Virus record (IMG/VR): IMGVR_UViG_3300011267_000017
Span: 1 to 53,137 of that record
Length of the DNA: 53,137 bases
From: a virus
Lineage: Duplodnaviria > Caudoviricetes
Reading direction: 5' to 3' (one strand)
How positions within the stretch are numbered: position 1 is the first letter of the stretch; each line of letters starts with the position of its first letter. The notes under the pieces were generated by a model. The model was not told the DNA's origin and made no database searches. It worked only from the letters and a program-made list of their open reading frames with translations. Both the position numbers and the translations under genes were made by a program. Shown piece by piece: positions 8,598 to 20,086 of the stretch.

Positions 8598-10754
8598 ATG
8601 CATCACTTTATCTATCCAACTAAAGATACATACATCACTAATAGAACACAGATGGATGATAAGAATTTCGGCATAGACGAACTTCTTCAAATCGGTACTA
8701 GTAATGTTCTTGTCAGAACTTTAAATACTACGAAAGATTATTCTTATACAGATGTTATTTTTAATAATCAACAAGTAACATATTTTGTTGGGGTATTTAC
8801 AGGTTCATTTTTAGGAAATGTTTCATTTGCAAGTGGAAGTATTTCTGGAAGTGGAATTGCATTTAGTGCATCTTATTTCAGTGGTTCTATAGATGGAACT
8901 GGTTCAATTGGAAGTGGAAGTTTCGGTAATCCTACATCCGGAAGTTCTATTGTAGGATATATAACTGGGTCAATTATTACATCTGCTACCATCGGATTTT
9001 TTATAGGTGAACTTACAGGTTCATCCGGTTGTTTAAATGGAACAGGTTCAGGAATTGATACTAGAAACGATCAAAATTGGTCAGTAAATTCAACTAAACA
9101 CGTAGATAGAACCTTGTTACAATTTAATTTATCTACTATATCTGCATCAATTGCGAATGGGAGTATTATAAATCCAAAATTTATTTTAAGATTAAAAGTT
9201 TGTAATGAATATAGTCTTCCAATTTCATATACCATTTATGCTTTACCAATAAGTCAAAGCTGGAATATGGGAAATGGATATTTTTCTGATGGAGGTTCGG
9301 AAACCGGAGTTGATTGGAAATATAGAGACAATAAAGATGAAACATTATGGTATACGACATTTGTATCTAGTTCTCGGCCTGCAATAGATTTTATTTCAAA
9401 TCCTTCGTTAGTATCGGCTTCGTTTTCTTATGGAGGAGGAACATTCTATACCTCCAGTTGGTGTTCTCAAAGTTTTAATTATGAGTCTTCGGATATAAAC
9501 ATGGACATTACATCTATGGTTATGGCGTGGATTAGTGGTAGTATTCCAAATGAAGGATTAATTTTACTTCATTCTGATGAACTCCAGACTACTGGTTCTG
9601 GGTTTATTCTGAATTTTTATAGCAGAGACACTAATACTATTTATGCACCGTATTTAGATACAATGTGGGATGATGTTACATCAACATTTTCAACGGGAAG
9701 TGTATCTACATCTAGTGTTACAATTATAACTGCTTCATCGGGAATAACAGCCTCAGTTCAAAGTGGATCTACATTTACAATATCAGGAGGAATTAGCGGA
9801 AGTTTTTCGGCCAGCGCATTTTTAACTTTTTCAGGAAGTACATCACCAGAAATTTCTGCAAGTGGAATTATAAGTGGAACCGGATTATCTGGAAATATAC
9901 TCGGGCTTCCAATATTTGGATTTATATCTGCATCTGTGTCAGCATCAGCATCAACCGTCACGGGTCCATGTGGTAATACATTTAATGCTCAAATAACAAC
10001 AGGATCATTCTATACAGGTATTTTTAGCGGAAGTATATTTACTGCGTATTATGTAGATTATAAGTTTGAAAATGCATTTCTAACTGGTTCATGGACTCCA
10101 GATGCATTGTATGGATCACGAGTTTATATTGCCATACCATCTGAAATTGATCCTTATTCATATGCAATCATCCAAGGTAAATATGTAAATGGAAAAGCTC
10201 TTGGAACTTATACATTGTCAGGTTCAAATAGTGCAAGTTTTAATGGTCAGTTTGTTGATGGAAATCTTCTTGGGGGGGTATTATCATTACAATTAAGTGG
10301 AAGTATTGTTACATCATCTTATCTCTACACAAGTAGTGTTGAAATGACTTCTAGTGTTTTAAGTCAATTAGATACAACTAGACCATTTGTAGTGTCTATT
10401 TTTAATGTCAAACCAACATATAAAGCTGGAGACATTATTAAAATAAACGTTTTTGGAAGAAAGCAATTTCCATTAAAAACATTTGGAAAATCAACCCAAC
10501 AAGTTCAATATCTTGTTCCTGAATTCCTACCAACATCGTCTTATTATGCTCTGAAAGATACAGAGACTGGTGAAATTATCATGAATTTTGATAGTTATAC
10601 TAGAATAGGATGTGAATATCCAAATGGCAACTATTTTGAACTTGATACAACAAGTTTGCCACAAGAAAGATATTATACATTACTTATACGTGTAGATGAT
10701 GGTCAAACAATCTATACGATTGATACTGGTAAGGCATTTAAAGTAACAAGATAA
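8598..10754 (+). CDS. Virion structural protein, S/G/T-rich, with DNRLRE-like beta-sandwich motifs
   Basis: YPTKDTYI..NFG.DELLQIG, RTLLQFNLS, PNEGLIL..FYSRDT..P.L motifs interrupted by SGS/TGS-rich inserts; start at 8598 just after the gp6 stop. Confidence 0.7.
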   Translation: MHHFIYPTKDTYITNRTQMDDKNFGIDELLQIGTSNVLVRTLNTTKDYSYTDVIFNNQQVTYFVGVFTGSFLGNVSFASGSISGSGIAFSASYFSGSIDGTGSIGSGSFGNPTSGSSIVGYITGSIITSATIGFFIGELTGSSGCLNGTGSGIDTRNDQNWSVNSTKHVDRTLLQFNLSTISASIANGSIINPKFILRLKVCNEYSLPISYTIYALPISQSWNMGNGYFSDGGSETGVDWKYRDNKDETLWYTTFVSSSRPAIDFISNPSLVSASFSYGGGTFYTSSWCSQSFNYESSDINMDITSMVMAWISGSIPNEGLILLHSDELQTTGSGFILNFYSRDTNTIYAPYLDTMWDDVTSTFSTGSVSTSSVTIITASSGITASVQSGSTFTISGGISGSFSASAFLTFSGSTSPEISASGIISGTGLSGNILGLPIFGFISASVSASASTVTGPCGNTFNAQITTGSFYTGIFSGSIFTAYYVDYKFENAFLTGSWTPDALYGSRVYIAIPSEIDPYSYAIIQGKYVNGKALGTYTLSGSNSASFNGQFVDGNLLGGVLSLQLSGSIVTSSYLYTSSVEMTSSVLSQLDTTRPFVVSIFNVKPTYKAGDIIKINVFGRKQFPLKTFGKSTQQVQYLVPEFLPTSSYYALKDTETGEIIMNFDSYTRIGCEYPNGNYFELDTTSLPQERYYTLLIRVDDGQTIYTIDTGKAFKVTR

Positions 10755-10755
10755 T

Positions 10756-11211
10756 ATGAGCGATTTTTCGCAAAATTTAAATAATTTTCAGAGATATGGA
10801 GAGTATAAATACAGTTTTGATACTGTAGGAAATCTAACTTTCAATAGTTCTTCTGCTAATTTTAATCAAGTATATCTTGCATTACCTCTTCAAAATGTTA
10901 TTTATAATAATAACAAAATAAAAACATTTTTTAATGTTGAATTTGAAGAATTTATCTCTCAGCCAATAGGTAATTCAGTAGAAATAACAAGTTCGTTAGA
11001 AACACAATTCCAAGTTATTCAACAAGAAAATATTTCATTGAAAACCCAATTGGATGATTTGATCTTTCAAAATGAAACAAGTGGTTCCTTAGCAGATCAA
11101 ATGGCAATTAAACAAGTAATTTTAGAATTGCGAAAAGCATTGGGACAAGGACGAGTAGAGTCTGATTTTTCCGATACATTTCCATATACTTCAATTAAAA
11201 AAACCACGTAA
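10756..11211 (+). CDS. Hypothetical baseplate-cluster protein
   Basis: 151-aa ORF tightly coupled (1-nt gaps) in the baseplate operon. Confidence 0.75.
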   Translation: MSDFSQNLNNFQRYGEYKYSFDTVGNLTFNSSSANFNQVYLALPLQNVIYNNNKIKTFFNVEFEEFISQPIGNSVEITSSLETQFQVIQQENISLKTQLDDLIFQNETSGSLADQMAIKQVILELRKALGQGRVESDFSDTFPYTSIKKTT

Positions 11212-11212
11212 T

Positions 11213-14200
11213 ATGGAATTTACATCTTATCCATTAGTAGCACAAAATACTGCGAGTTTAAACACAGGTTCCTATTTAAACCGAACGGAATATACTTTAT
11301 TTGTTAATGGATACGCTCCCGATTTATGGTTTGGGGTTTCTTCTAATGATGTTATAGAATTTGGAACGTGGGATAGAGAAAAAAACTTTGTTGGATGGAA
11401 TGTACTAAACCAATCTAAAAGTTTTAATGAAATTACACTTTCATATTTGAATACGTTAGATTTTCCTGTAACATATTCTTATTCTGAACTTCTTACAGAC
11501 TTCATTCTTTATAAAAATGAAAGTGTGTTGGTAAGTCCTGTAGACCAACTAAAACAAGCAACTGGATTAACTGAAGGTAGTTTTCATTTCGTGTACAATT
11601 TTGCCCGCGAAATGGCAGGAAATATAAATTTTCCTCTTATTATAAAAGAAATTTCCCCTTCTCGTAAAGAACTTAAGTTGTTACCATTAAGCAGTTCTGA
11701 TGCATCTTACGAAGCATTTTGTAAACATGAAGTGTTGTTGAGAGATGTCTCTCCATTGTATTTGCAATCTATAAAAACATGTCCATACGAACAGATTTAT
11801 ACAAAAGTAAATAAAAATTACCAATCAGAAATAAATACAATAAAATCAGTATTCTTTTTGAATACTGATGGAGCTATCATAAATTTCCTTAAGAATTTGT
11901 ACGAGGATTTTGTTATTTTTACTACAACTCCTAAACAACTTCAATTTGGAGTAACTAGTAATACCGATAGATTAATTCGTATTCAAGGAATTCAAACCTA
12001 TTTTAACAATTATTTGTTATCCAATTCTAATAAAGTGGTAAGTTTTTCTGAAATAGATAAACAATTTAATGGATTTGTTTCGGCATCTATTGAAAGAAAA
12101 TTTTCACCAATTGGGGAACATCCATCGGAACAATATATAAAGGCGAAGTCATTTGTATACGACTTTTTTACAAAGTATTATTACCAACCAATTTCTGATA
12201 CATTAACCAAAACATATAATGAAAAATATTATTCGTTTTTGAAAAATGGATTAAACTTTGGTAATAATAGAATTCTTCCAATTTTAAACACTGGTGTAAT
12301 GGATGAAAGACAAATTTCCTCTGATCCATTAACACTATTGATTAAATTACCGGAAGAATTGCCAAATGACATAATGTCACAAACTCATTGTTGGGTTTCA
12401 AACATTTCATTGTCTCCATATGTTGTAAATGCTATTATTCGTACGTCCAATAGTAAGATTGTTCATAAAATTGGATCTCCTAATTTTTCGTTACCTATTC
12501 CTAATGTAAGCTTAACAAATACTAATATTTCTTACACAGCAGCAGATTTACAAACCAGTGATGAAATTGATCGTGAATTAGTTATTAGTAAAAATTTATC
12601 CGAACTAAATGTAGACTATACTGATTTTAAAAACTTTATCGTATTTTCTTCGGCAGAATTAAGATTGAAAATTTTTAAAAATAAAACGATTAATTTATCT
12701 GCGTTAAGTTCCTCTATACAAGTTTTAAATTCTAAAAATACTCAATTTTTTGCCGCAAGTGGAAGTAATTATCCATTTTACATTCAAGAAAAAGATAGAA
12801 TACAAAGTCAAATTGATGAAATCGTAGACTCCTTTGATGGATATGAGTCATATCTTTATAGAAGTGGAAAATACATCTATTCTGGCAGTGGATTTATAAG
12901 TTCCAGTTATGTTTCTGAGAATGATATATCTGCCAGTTATTATGACAAAATAAATCGTGACAGTTTAATTAACAATTGTCCATCTCATGTTTTAGCAGAC
13001 TCGAAAAATGACGACTATATCATTTTTCTTTCAATGGTAGGACATTTCTTTGATACAATTTATACATACATTTCTAATCTTCCATCTGAAAAACAAGTAG
13101 GACAAAGTGCAACCGAAGAATTTACTAGACGAGTTGTTGACTATATGATGGAAACATTCGGATGGAGTTTAGATGACTCCTTGGAACAATCATCGTTAAT
13201 TAACAATTATTTGACTTCTGAACAAATCAGTAGTTTAAATGTTATGTCTGCTGAAGATCGTCTTAAAGCAATCCGCAATAGATTGTTTTCAAATCTTCCT
13301 CAAATTTACAAAACAAAAGGTACTGAGGAAGCTGTCCGATTATTATTAGCATGTTATGGTATTCCATCTGTATTATTAAATGTTAGAGAATATGGTGGAG
13401 TAAATTATACTGATGACTCCGCAGCCTATACTACTTACGAAAGAGCTTATTTATATCAATGGAATACTTCTTCTATTCAAGATACATTTAGAATAAATTC
13501 TCCATCTAATGCAAAGACCTTTCTTACTAAACTTTGTATTGAAAGTTCTACGCCATATACCTATGAAAATGAACAGATATTGTTTGGTCGTGTAACTGGT
13601 TCAGCTTCATCATCATCTCTATCTGGTTCTGGAGATTGGGCGGTGGGATTTGTTCGTATTCCGAAAAAAAATAGTGGAAAAATATTTTTCCGAATTGGTT
13701 ATAAAGGAGATGAACAATTCAAAATATATAGTCCAGAAGTTCCAATTTTTGATGGTCAAGTTTACAGCATAATGCTTCGTAGAAACATACCTTCAAGTGA
13801 ATATGAATTTAATACGAATACAGACTCAATTCCGTGTCGTTATGATCTTTATGTTCAGAGAAATGAATTTGGTAGACGAGCAGTTTATTTAACTGCAAGT
13901 AAAATTTGCTATACAGCATCTGTAAATGAATTATTTGATGTAAGTCCAGTAAGTTCTTCCATAATGATTGGTGGATGGTTTTCAAATCTTAATGGACAAG
14001 GATTTACAGGAGCTATGGATAAATGGCAAATGTGGTATGATCCTATTACAGATAGTAATTTTGAAGATTATGTCAATCATATAAATTCTTATAGCTTTAG
14101 TGGATCTCGTTCTGCTGAACAATCATTATTGTTCAGAATGCATACGGATTATCCATTCGATTTACGTCAAATTGAGTCTGGTTCTATTATTCCAAATGGG

Positions 14201-15928
14201 TTTAATGGAATAAGTGGAACAGCTTCGGCATGGATTGGAAAATGGAGAAATGGAAATCCTTATTATGCTATTAATTCAACTACAAAACAAGAAAATGTTT
14301 TTGATTTAGTAAACGCAGTTTCTTTAAATTTAATGGTGAATACAAATGCTTGGCAAGGAGCACAAACATTAGTATATGACTCTGCATCCTGTCAGTATGT
14401 ATCACAATCAACATATCCATATCAATTTAAAGTTATTGATTATCCTAGTACTCTTGGAACATCAAAATATGGTCCAAACAAATTTAGAAATGAAAAAATA
14501 CGTCACATTTCTCAATCAGTAGCAACTCGTTTTGATGATAAAGCTAGGTCTACTTATGTAACGGCTAATAGTACTGCTCCAGACTCTAATCAAGTTGGAT
14601 TTTTTGTTGATCCACAAGATTTTAAAAATAAAGACATGGTTAGATTTTTCGGTAATTATGATTTTATGGATGCTATTGGCAATCCAAACAACCAATTTTC
14701 TGGAAGTTATGATGTTCTTCGTAATTTTAGAAACGTTTATGCAAGAAGTAAAAATGAATATAGTGGAAGCCGAACATTGTTTAATGAATTATTAACATTG
14801 TATAAGTTGTATTTTAATAGTTCTATATTTGATGCAATTAAAAATTTGGTTCCTGCTCGTTCTAATACTTTGGTTGGAGTAATTGTCGAACCAACTGTTC
14901 TCGAACGACCAAAATATCATGCAAAACCTGTTTACAGTGAAGCAAACACTGGTTCAGTGTTTTATGCAGATATAACAGCATCTAAATATTTTCGCGATCC
15001 AAATACAAAAATAATGGCAATGAGTTTTGATTTAGGGTATTCCGACTTTAATATAAATACTTCTTCTATGACTGGATTTAATACATCCAGTCTTCCAAAC
15101 AATTTGGGAATGGATATTGATGTTGCCTATATCAATCTTCCCAGTATATCTTATCCTGTTAATTATTTACCAAATGGAACTTATATTTCAGATGTTCCGG
15201 ATCAATTTCAAATGGGACATTTTGGATCTCTCAGTGGTATAATTGATATAAGAGCAGGAGATTTGACAAATGGAAGAATGTTATATGATATGACAAAAAA
15301 TTTCACTCCAACTGGATCAACTACTGTTTATTTGTTGAAACGTTGGAAGAAATATGACGTTTATGGAAAAAGTGGTTCTTGGAATAGAACAGAAATTCCA
15401 AATCAAAATTTATATTCATCCAGTTCGATTTATTTATATGATTACGTAGTAGTATCGGAAGATTTCTTCAATTCTATAGCCTATACAGCATCATTCATAG
15501 ACTCTACTCCCGGCAATCCGGGGTCAGAATATTCTCCGACACAAAATCTATGGACACATAGTCCAAATACATTTAAAAACAGTCCGAATGCATCGGTTAA
15601 CAATTATTTGTTAACTCGTTATTCAAATGGGGTAAGAGACATTTATGGAAATCCAGTTATTTTGACTGATAAAGGAGAATATTTTGAAATTGTTGGGGGA
15701 TACCCTAGAAATCATTTTACTCATAAAAGAGATTTATTTTCATTATATCAGCTTACTACTTATGGAAAGTATAATGGAATAATTACATCTGGTTCTTATC
15801 GTAGAAATAGACAAACAATTGATACTACTGTTGGAATAGATGGATTAGAAGATGGTACACCTCCTATCCAAATAACACAGGTTGGTAATTTAAACCTTAT
15901 TCAGAGTGATAACGTAATTAACCACTAA
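11213..15928 (+). CDS. Large baseplate wedge protein (gp7 / P2 gpI-like core)
   Basis: 1571 aa; IYKTKGTEEAVRLLLACYG resembles the gpI/gp7 KGT motif; a LamG-like segment follows. Confidence 0.65.
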   Translation: MEFTSYPLVAQNTASLNTGSYLNRTEYTLFVNGYAPDLWFGVSSNDVIEFGTWDREKNFVGWNVLNQSKSFNEITLSYLNTLDFPVTYSYSELLTDFILYKNESVLVSPVDQLKQATGLTEGSFHFVYNFAREMAGNINFPLIIKEISPSRKELKLLPLSSSDASYEAFCKHEVLLRDVSPLYLQSIKTCPYEQIYTKVNKNYQSEINTIKSVFFLNTDGAIINFLKNLYEDFVIFTTTPKQLQFGVTSNTDRLIRIQGIQTYFNNYLLSNSNKVVSFSEIDKQFNGFVSASIERKFSPIGEHPSEQYIKAKSFVYDFFTKYYYQPISDTLTKTYNEKYYSFLKNGLNFGNNRILPILNTGVMDERQISSDPLTLLIKLPEELPNDIMSQTHCWVSNISLSPYVVNAIIRTSNSKIVHKIGSPNFSLPIPNVSLTNTNISYTAADLQTSDEIDRELVISKNLSELNVDYTDFKNFIVFSSAELRLKIFKNKTINLSALSSSIQVLNSKNTQFFAASGSNYPFYIQEKDRIQSQIDEIVDSFDGYESYLYRSGKYIYSGSGFISSSYVSENDISASYYDKINRDSLINNCPSHVLADSKNDDYIIFLSMVGHFFDTIYTYISNLPSEKQVGQSATEEFTRRVVDYMMETFGWSLDDSLEQSSLINNYLTSEQISSLNVMSAEDRLKAIRNRLFSNLPQIYKTKGTEEAVRLLLACYGIPSVLLNVREYGGVNYTDDSAAYTTYERAYLYQWNTSSIQDTFRINSPSNAKTFLTKLCIESSTPYTYENEQILFGRVTGSASSSSLSGSGDWAVGFVRIPKKNSGKIFFRIGYKGDEQFKIYSPEVPIFDGQVYSIMLRRNIPSSEYEFNTNTDSIPCRYDLYVQRNEFGRRAVYLTASKICYTASVNELFDVSPVSSSIMIGGWFSNLNGQGFTGAMDKWQMWYDPITDSNFEDYVNHINSYSFSGSRSAEQSLLFRMHTDYPFDLRQIESGSIIPNGFNGISGTASAWIGKWRNGNPYYAINSTTKQENVFDLVNAVSLNLMVNTNAWQGAQTLVYDSASCQYVSQSTYPYQFKVIDYPSTLGTSKYGPNKFRNEKIRHISQSVATRFDDKARSTYVTANSTAPDSNQVGFFVDPQDFKNKDMVRFFGNYDFMDAIGNPNNQFSGSYDVLRNFRNVYARSKNEYSGSRTLFNELLTLYKLYFNSSIFDAIKNLVPARSNTLVGVIVEPTVLERPKYHAKPVYSEANTGSVFYADITASKYFRDPNTKIMAMSFDLGYSDFNINTSSMTGFNTSSLPNNLGMDIDVAYINLPSISYPVNYLPNGTYISDVPDQFQMGHFGSLSGIIDIRAGDLTNGRMLYDMTKNFTPTGSTTVYLLKRWKKYDVYGKSGSWNRTEIPNQNLYSSSSIYLYDYVVVSEDFFNSIAYTASFIDSTPGNPGSEYSPTQNLWTHSPNTFKNSPNASVNNYLLTRYSNGVRDIYGNPVILTDKGEYFEIVGGYPRNHFTHKRDLFSLYQLTTYGKYNGIITSGSYRRNRQTIDTTVGIDGLEDGTPPIQITQVGNLNLIQSDNVINH

Positions 15929-15985
15929 ACAGTAAAAAATGGGTTTTGAGTGATACTTATTAATGAGTACTCTTTATAAAAACGT

Positions 15986-16630
15986 ATGGCCTACATAGAC
16001 AATCAAACAATTACAGTTGATGCGGTTTTAACGAAAAAAGGTCGTGAACTTCTCGCAAAAACAGGCAATTTAAACATTACATCATTCGCTTTAGCCGATG
16101 ATGAAATTGATTATACCCTTTACGATCCAAATCATCCAAATGGAAGTGCATTTTATGATATAGCACTACGTAATACTCCTATTTTTGAACCATTGACCGA
16201 CGAAACTCAAGTAATGAAGTATAAATTGGTTACGTTAAACCAAGGAGTTACTTCTATTCCAGTTGTTAACATTGCACAAGATAAAATTTTGGTAACACGT
16301 GATTATACGGGGGATATTGTTATTAGTCCATCTACCAATCCAGCATATGATTTGCAAATGGGATATACTGCAATTCTTGGAAATAAAAATGTTGGAACTT
16401 TAATTGTTCAAGAAACCAATTCTATTAATTCTGTTTCTAGCACGATTTCTACTTTTGCTGGAGATATAAATACAACCAGTGCTCAGGTTGTAGTTGGAAA
16501 TAAATTCCGATTTGTTCCAAATAGTAGTCTTGGAAAAACAACCACAACAAATTTAACCATTATTGGAAATGAGTCGGGAGCCAGTACTTCCATTGAAGTT
16601 ACGGTTACTGTTCCAACATCCACTACCTAA
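15986..16630 (+). CDS. Baseplate/tail-fibre attachment protein
   Basis: AVLTKKGRELLA...ITSFALADD resembles the N-terminal half of the P2 gpH/DUF3751 fibre-attachment domain; TACTTATT at 15954-15961 upstream. Confidence 0.6.
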   Translation: MAYIDNQTITVDAVLTKKGRELLAKTGNLNITSFALADDEIDYTLYDPNHPNGSAFYDIALRNTPIFEPLTDETQVMKYKLVTLNQGVTSIPVVNIAQDKILVTRDYTGDIVISPSTNPAYDLQMGYTAILGNKNVGTLIVQETNSINSVSSTISTFAGDINTTSAQVVVGNKFRFVPNSSLGKTTTTNLTIIGNESGASTSIEVTVTVPTSTT

Positions 16631-16639
16631 TAGAAGTAT

Positions 16640-17776
16640 ATGATATTCAATCAATTTGATCCTAATCAAGATATAGTTGCTGGTCGTACTACTCGGGTCG
16701 CAAGTGGATTTTGGCCAAGTGGATTGACTAGTCATAGTCAAAGTCAATTTGTAGACGATTTTTGGTCATTGACTGGCTCAGTAGGAACACCTTCGTATGG
16801 TACATCTGTATATGATGTTCGTCGCACGATGTATTATGCAAATGTGTTCCCTGATGGAACGTATTTCCAAAATAATGATCCTTATTTTTCAGTTACATAT
16901 GGAAACATTGCTGGTAATTTAGGGAGTGGTTCATTTTCTTTAGAGTCTGCGAGTATTCAAGCATCTCCTACAAAAGCTGTTTACACCCAATACAAAAACA
17001 TGTTGCTTGGTTCTGCTGATTTGGACGGAATGTTTACTATGCAAAGCGGTAGTACAACCGTATCTGCAACTGATATTTGGGTAATAACATTTTCTACCTT
17101 TAAAATGAAGGATAAAATAGATGAAGGATTACTTCAACTTTCATTTAGTGGTTCTAGTGGAAGTGTTACATTGATTGATAATTCTCCATATCTTAGTCAA
17201 ACTCAAACTGTGTATCAATTAATTGCTGGAAATTTAGCAAGTCCTCCATCTACTCCTACTTATGAAGGATTAGGATTATTTTATCCAGCAAATGGAATTA
17301 TTATTCTTAATGCAGCATTACTTGCACAAAAATTAGGAATTTCTTCTACTGTTGGAGTAAATCCGAATTCGGGAGGTCCGGGAACTAATTCTTCATGGAT
17401 TTATAATTCTGGGTTGGAGTCTACAAGTTCATACACTTATAATCATAAAACTTTAATTGAGTCTATGAAACTTGCTAATTCTACAATGAATGTTCGTAGA
17501 AGTGAATTTGTTCCGTCACGTCATTATTTCATTCGTGTAAAAAATAGAGATTTTAACTACAGTAATAATCCAACATATGTGTATGATGGAACGGACGGAG
17601 TTCATTCTAAAGGAACCATTCGCAATACAGATTTCATTAATGATCCAAAAACATATATTACAACTATTGGACTATATAATGATAGTAATGAATTGGTAGC
17701 TGTTGCAAAATTAAGTAGACCAGCAGTTAAATCATTTGACAGCGAATTACTTATCAAAGTCAGACTCGATTTTTAA
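16640..17776 (+). CDS. Baseplate/tail-fibre attachment protein
   Basis: C-terminal YITTIGLYNDSNELVAVAKLSRP..K resembles the C-terminal half of the gpH/DUF3751-type domain. Confidence 0.65.
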   Translation: MIFNQFDPNQDIVAGRTTRVASGFWPSGLTSHSQSQFVDDFWSLTGSVGTPSYGTSVYDVRRTMYYANVFPDGTYFQNNDPYFSVTYGNIAGNLGSGSFSLESASIQASPTKAVYTQYKNMLLGSADLDGMFTMQSGSTTVSATDIWVITFSTFKMKDKIDEGLLQLSFSGSSGSVTLIDNSPYLSQTQTVYQLIAGNLASPPSTPTYEGLGLFYPANGIIILNAALLAQKLGISSTVGVNPNSGGPGTNSSWIYNSGLESTSSYTYNHKTLIESMKLANSTMNVRRSEFVPSRHYFIRVKNRDFNYSNNPTYVYDGTDGVHSKGTIRNTDFINDPKTYITTIGLYNDSNELVAVAKLSRPAVKSFDSELLIKVRLDF

Positions 17777-17787
17777 TAATTGAATGA

Positions 17788-20085
17788 ATGATAAAAAATA
17801 TCAATCATCAAAACTTTTTGACGACGCCATTCGTTGCGTATAAAAGTTGGCAACTGTACAATAATAATAGTGATGAATTGGTTATTCTTGAACCAACCAG
17901 TTCAGAAGATACGGTAGCACTTGAATTTTTGGATTATTCTTCGGGAACGGGTTCTTTTGTAAATACTGAATGTAGTATTGCATTGGAACAACAAAGTGAA
18001 GACTTAGCTAAATTTCAAGAAGGAAAAACTGGTTCTGGAATTTTTTATCCAGAAATTGAAGAACAAAATGCAGATGGTACTTTCAAGCGATTAATTTACT
18101 CCCAAATAAAGTCTGCATTTTACAATTCATATAAAAATCCAATACAAATTTTTGGTGTGGAAAATATTGATTTTCCTCTTTCACAAACCTTTAGAGATCT
18201 TTCAAGTCAAATACGCATATTTACTATACCAAGACAAGTATTTGGTGAAAAATTAATAGAAAATTCTGTACAATTAAATGATACTTCGTTAGATGATAAT
18301 ATAAAAATTAAAGATGATGGTTATCAAAATTTAATCGCTCATAGCAATATTTTTTCTAAAATACAAGAAATTAGAAATTTTGGAAACAACATATTTTTTG
18401 GAACTTCATCTTATTTATGTTATACAAGTTCAAGTGGAGTTGTTTGTTTAACTTTAGATAGTTCTTTTACACTCACACCAGTTGTAGATACTTCATACAC
18501 AAATGTTACATACATTACTCCGGCTACTGACGCATCAACAAATAGAATTGTAGTGTCTGATTACGGATTTCACTTAACTGATGGTAATAGAAGAATAAGA
18601 AATACTTGGTTTGTAGATACAACTACAAATACTACATTAAATGTTTATACATCATCTAACATTCATTTTCAATCTAATAAAAATGCATTATATGCTATAT
18701 CAAATGGAACAAAAAGTTTTTATGCAATGAATGATGGAACCGGAAGTCCCGATTTTACAAATACATTATCTCCAGTTCATAGTTTGTTAAAATTTTCATC
18801 TAATGGACAATTAATATCAACGATTACCATGTCATTTACCGGAATAGTAGATTTTACTAATTCATCTGGGTCATTATGGCTATTTAATCGTTCTGGTTCA
18901 AACTCACTTATACAACAATATAATCCGAACACTGATACTATTATTTCATCAAGAACAATTGGAAATTATACAGGTAATTTTATAGGAAATGGTGTTTATG
19001 AATATTCATGGGGAACTATTAATTCATCAAATGATGTTACAAATAATGTTTATCAACTTTATGTAACAGCAATTTCCGGAAGTGATATTGTCGATGTATT
19101 TAATATAGAAAATGGAAATTTCAATCACGTAGGATCTTTAAATTTAACTGATGGAGTTACATATGGTGGTTGGACAGGCGGCATAGCCTATGCTTCAATA
19201 AATCAAAAAATTTATATTGGAGTATATGGCCCAAATCCGGATTATTCTCCTTGGATTTTAGAAGTAAATTCATCTACGCTGAATGTCGATGCAATTATTG
19301 ATTTAAGTCCAATGACAGCAAGTTTAACTGGATTTCCAAATGCAAACACTATTGTTTATAATCCTGTATCAACCGCATTGGTTGTAATGGGATTGTCTGG
19401 CCCAATCGTTGTAATTAATCCAATTACACACGAATTAGTTTGTGGATTGGACGTTAATTTCTGGGGAGGTCTTGGTCTTTCTGCCGGGCCATCGGGAGGA
19501 ACTATATACGCGGCAACTTATCAAGATACTGCGGGATCAGCAACAGGTTCAATACGTATTTATAACCCAATTCATTTCCCAACAATCACCAGTTACGACA
19601 TTTTATTAGCAGCTCAAGGAACTTCATCTATTCCTCAAATAAACTTGAGTTGGTCATATGGAGGTTCTCCTGCGAATTATTTTTCATTACAACGTTCACT
19701 TGATAGTGGAGCATCTTGGGGGTATTCTATACAACTAAACATAACTTCTTCAAGTTATATAGACACTATCAATTCTGGTTCTGGAACTTATTATTATAGA
19801 CTTGCAGCGGTTACATCAACCTTAACTCAATCATATAGTAATGTAGTTACAACATCTATTGTATTTATAGAAGATACATTTGCATCTTATACCGCGAATA
19901 TTAATGCATACACTTTACCTACAATGAATGGAGGAACAGGATGGAATGGAAATGGTTATTTAAGCTCGTCTACGGCAATATCTTTGACTGCGTTAGAACC
20001 TATGACTGGTTATCCATTAGGCCCAGCAACAAGTAGTCAAATGAATGGGGGAACTGGCTGGGACACTGGATCAATATTCACATAA
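17788..20085 (+). CDS. Virion protein with beta-propeller and Fn3-like domains (putative receptor-binding)
   Basis: Repeated propeller-like blades, then INLSWSY..YFSLQRSLDSG..YYYRLAAV (Fn3-like), and two C-terminal MNGGTGW repeats. Confidence 0.65.
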   Translation: MIKNINHQNFLTTPFVAYKSWQLYNNNSDELVILEPTSSEDTVALEFLDYSSGTGSFVNTECSIALEQQSEDLAKFQEGKTGSGIFYPEIEEQNADGTFKRLIYSQIKSAFYNSYKNPIQIFGVENIDFPLSQTFRDLSSQIRIFTIPRQVFGEKLIENSVQLNDTSLDDNIKIKDDGYQNLIAHSNIFSKIQEIRNFGNNIFFGTSSYLCYTSSSGVVCLTLDSSFTLTPVVDTSYTNVTYITPATDASTNRIVVSDYGFHLTDGNRRIRNTWFVDTTTNTTLNVYTSSNIHFQSNKNALYAISNGTKSFYAMNDGTGSPDFTNTLSPVHSLLKFSSNGQLISTITMSFTGIVDFTNSSGSLWLFNRSGSNSLIQQYNPNTDTIISSRTIGNYTGNFIGNGVYEYSWGTINSSNDVTNNVYQLYVTAISGSDIVDVFNIENGNFNHVGSLNLTDGVTYGGWTGGIAYASINQKIYIGVYGPNPDYSPWILEVNSSTLNVDAIIDLSPMTASLTGFPNANTIVYNPVSTALVVMGLSGPIVVINPITHELVCGLDVNFWGGLGLSAGPSGGTIYAATYQDTAGSATGSIRIYNPIHFPTITSYDILLAAQGTSSIPQINLSWSYGGSPANYFSLQRSLDSGASWGYSIQLNITSSSYIDTINSGSGTYYYRLAAVTSTLTQSYSNVVTTSIVFIEDTFASYTANINAYTLPTMNGGTGWNGNGYLSSSTAISLTALEPMTGYPLGPATSSQMNGGTGWDTGSIFT

Positions 20086-20086
20086 T